Below, in pieces: positions 62,801 through 64,000 of a stretch of 64,000 nt of DNA. The stretch lies in the NCBI RefSeq assembly GCF_032444005.1, contig NC_091288.1, forward strand, positions 217,434,001-217,498,000, written 5' to 3'. The notes beneath the pieces are model-generated. The model searched no databases. It worked only from the letters and a program-made list of their open reading frames with translations, and was not told the origin of the DNA. How positions within the stretch are numbered: position 1 is the first letter of the stretch; each line of letters begins with the position of its first letter. The stretch is from Ranitomeya imitator. Taxonomy: Eukaryota. A program made the translations under genes and the position numbers.

Positions 62801-64000
62801 GTACTGCCCTGCAGAGCGTCTCACCTGAGGAATCACACCCCGTACTGCCCTGCAGAGCGTCTCACCTGAAAAATCACACCCCGTACTGCCCTGCAGAGCG
62901 TCTCACCTGAGGAATCACATCCCGTACTGCCCTGCAGAGCGTCTCACCTGAGGAATCACATCCCGTACTGCCCTGCAGAGCGTCTCACCTGAGGAATCAC
63001 ATCCCGTACTGCCCTGCAGAGCGTCTCACCTGAGGAATCACACCCTGTACTGCCCTGCAGAGCGTCTCACCTGAGGAATCACCCCGTACTGCCATGCAGA
63101 GCGTCTCACCTGAGGAATCACACCCCGTACTGCCCTGCAGAGCGTCTCACCTGAGGAATCACACCCCCGTACTGCCCTGCAGAGCATCTCACCTGAGGAA
63201 TCACACCCCTTACTGCTCTGCAGAGCATCTCACCTGGGGAATCACACCCTGTACTGCCCTGCAGAGCATCTCACCTGAGGAATCACACCCTGTACTGCCC
63301 TGCAGAGCGTCTCACCTGAGGAATCACCCCGTACTGCCCTGCAGAGCGTCTCACCTGAGGAATCACACCCTGTACTGCCCTGCAGAGCATCTCACCTGAG
63401 GAATCACACCCTGTACTGCCCTGCAGAGCGTCTCACCTGAGGAATCACACCCTATACTGCCCTGCAGAGCGTCTCACCTGAGGAATCACCCCGTACTGCC
63501 ATGCAGAGCGTCTCACCTGAGGAATCACCCCGTACTGCCATGCAGAGCATCTCACCTGAGGAATCACCCTGTACTGCCCTGCAGAGCATCTCACCTGGGG
63601 AATCACAACCCGTACTGCCATGCAGAGCGTCTCACCTGAGGAATCACACCCTGCATTGCCTTGCAGAGCGTCTCACCTGGGGAATCACACCCTGTACTGC
63701 CCTGCAGAGCGTCTCACCTGGGGAATCACACCCCATACTGCCCTGCAGAGCGTCTCACCTGAGGAATCACCCCGTACTGCCATGCAGAGCATCTCACCTG
63801 AGGAATCACCCTGTACTGCCCTGCAGAGAGTCTCACCTGAGGAATCACCCCGTACTGCCATGCAGAGCGTCTCACCTGAGGAATCACCCTGTACTGCCCT
63901 GCAGAGGGTCTCACCTGAGGAATCACCCCGTACTGCCCTGCAGAGCATCTCACCTGGGGAATCACACCCCATACTGTCCTGCAGAGCGTCTCACCTGAGG
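56869..64000. repeat. 41-bp satellite family B, >7.1 kb, >170 copies, runs off the right edge
   Basis: Unit GCAGAGCGTCTCACCTGAGGAATCACACCCCGTACTGCCCT; unrelated in sequence to family A; higher-order duplications at ~738 bp and ~2.87 kb. Confidence 0.99.

Overview
Vertebrate genomic DNA with spliced genes. An anuran amphibian is the likely source, inferred from a Xenopus-p8-like NUPR1 and the transposon types; the species cannot be determined from the window. Five protein-coding genes were reconstructed by hand from GT-AG splice sites: three tandem SULT1-family cytosolic sulfotransferases on + (A lacks its first coding exon in this window; B 299 aa; C 304 aa), a 12-exon gene on + encoding a 450-aa EHD/dynamin-like P-loop NTPase with two C-terminal transmembrane segments instead of an EH domain, and nupr1 (p8, 81 aa) on -, tail-to-tail with the NTPase gene. 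Mobile DNA: a Ty3/Gypsy (Tf1/sushi-like) LTR retrotransposon with an uninterrupted single-frame gag-pol that runs off the left edge and has an apparent self-priming PBS; a related solo LTR; two young L2-type LINEs, one starting at a 2A-like GDISPNPGP motif and nested in a Tc1 relic; a CR1 3' fragment; a Harbinger-like MITE; and a 560-bp insertion with 197-bp inverted arms. About half of the window (~33 kb) is tandem or low-complexity repeat from at least 11 unrelated families. Most entries in the supplied ORF track are artefacts of these repeats or fragments of exons, and the track misses the gag-pol ORF.
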